NCBI GenBank assembly: GCA_964016885.1 | Contig: OZ024759.1 | Coordinates: 6,014,001-6,078,000, forward strand | Direction of reading: 5' to 3' | DNA length: 64,000 nucleotides | From: Eledone cirrhosa | Lineage: Eukaryota | Shown here: piece after piece, positions 63,553 to 64,000 of the stretch | How positions within the stretch are numbered: the stretch's first letter is position 1 | Layout of the letters: the number at the start of each line of letters is the position of its first letter | The notes under the pieces: generated by a model | The model's input: only the letters and a program-made list of their open reading frames with translations | Database searches by the model: none | What the model was told of the DNA's origin: nothing | Position numbers and translations under genes: made by a program

Positions 63553-63796
63553 CATCATCATCATCGTTTAACATCTATCTTCCACACTAGCATGGGTTTA
63601 GACGGGAATTGTCCCACGTAAGGCCAGATTGGTTGTCTCACTCGTATAGGACTGTCTGGCAGGTTTTCTACGGCTGGATGCCCTTCCTAACACCAACCAC
63701 ATTCACAGTGTGGACTGGGAGGTTTTTACCGTGTTACCTACACAGCCACATTACAACGTGGACTGTGTGTTTTTTTTTTTGTTGTGACACCTACAC
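63551..63796 (-). mobile_element. Interspersed retro-element fragment with (GAT)n tail (copy B), with an internal ~50-bp imperfect duplication
   Basis: Begins ATCATCATCATCATCGTTTAAC on the plus strand and is homologous to 62496-62660. The unit CCACATT..GTGGACTG..T-run..ACCTACAC occurs at 63697-63743 and 63746-63796. Confidence 0.7.
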
Positions 63797-63849
63797 GATC
63801 TCATTAGGACTGGATGTTGTGGTACCAACATAAATTTTACAGAGAAGGA

Positions 63850-63887
63850 GGGGGGGGCGTAGATGAGGGGGGGTAGTGGGATGGGGG
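63850..63887 (+). other. G-rich tract with G-quadruplex potential
   Basis: G8-N9-G7-N4-G3-N2-G5 read directly. Confidence 0.5.
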
Positions 63888-64000
63888 TGTATTTTTGGTT
63901 AAGAGATGCCTACTGACTGTATATATGTTTTTCATATATATGTGTGTGTGTCCATGGTTAATAATAAAGTGAGTCATCATCATGTGTGTCTGTGTGTTCA

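Noticed and set aside
63609-63833. 74-aa plus-strand ORF
   Set aside because: Non-ATG start, lies inside a repeat fragment and runs through a poly-T tract.

Overview
Eukaryotic repetitive DNA with no credible protein-coding gene. Bases 1-62232 are one uninterrupted, single-orientation satellite array of a 54-bp monomer (consensus ATGGTAYTAGCTGTCAGAAGTAACTCCAMTGTTGGTGAGAATTCATTTAAGTTC, about 37% GC, one EcoRI site per unit, roughly 1150 copies). A small set of recurrent variant monomers is arranged in nested block duplications (offsets from 162 bp to about 24.3 kb). A 200-N scaffold gap follows (62233-62432). The last 1.57 kb is a mosaic of interspersed repeats: tRNA-derived SINE fragments (two of them forming an inverted pair), two copies of a (CAT)n-ended retro-element, a ~200-bp foldback/MITE-like element with a tRNA T-arm inside, microsatellites and a G-rich tract. 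These repeats resemble, from recall and not from a search, those of octopod cephalopods. The ORFs over the array are artefacts of the 18-codon period. Block boundaries inside the array are approximate because they were read by eye from marker variants and ORF-track offsets.
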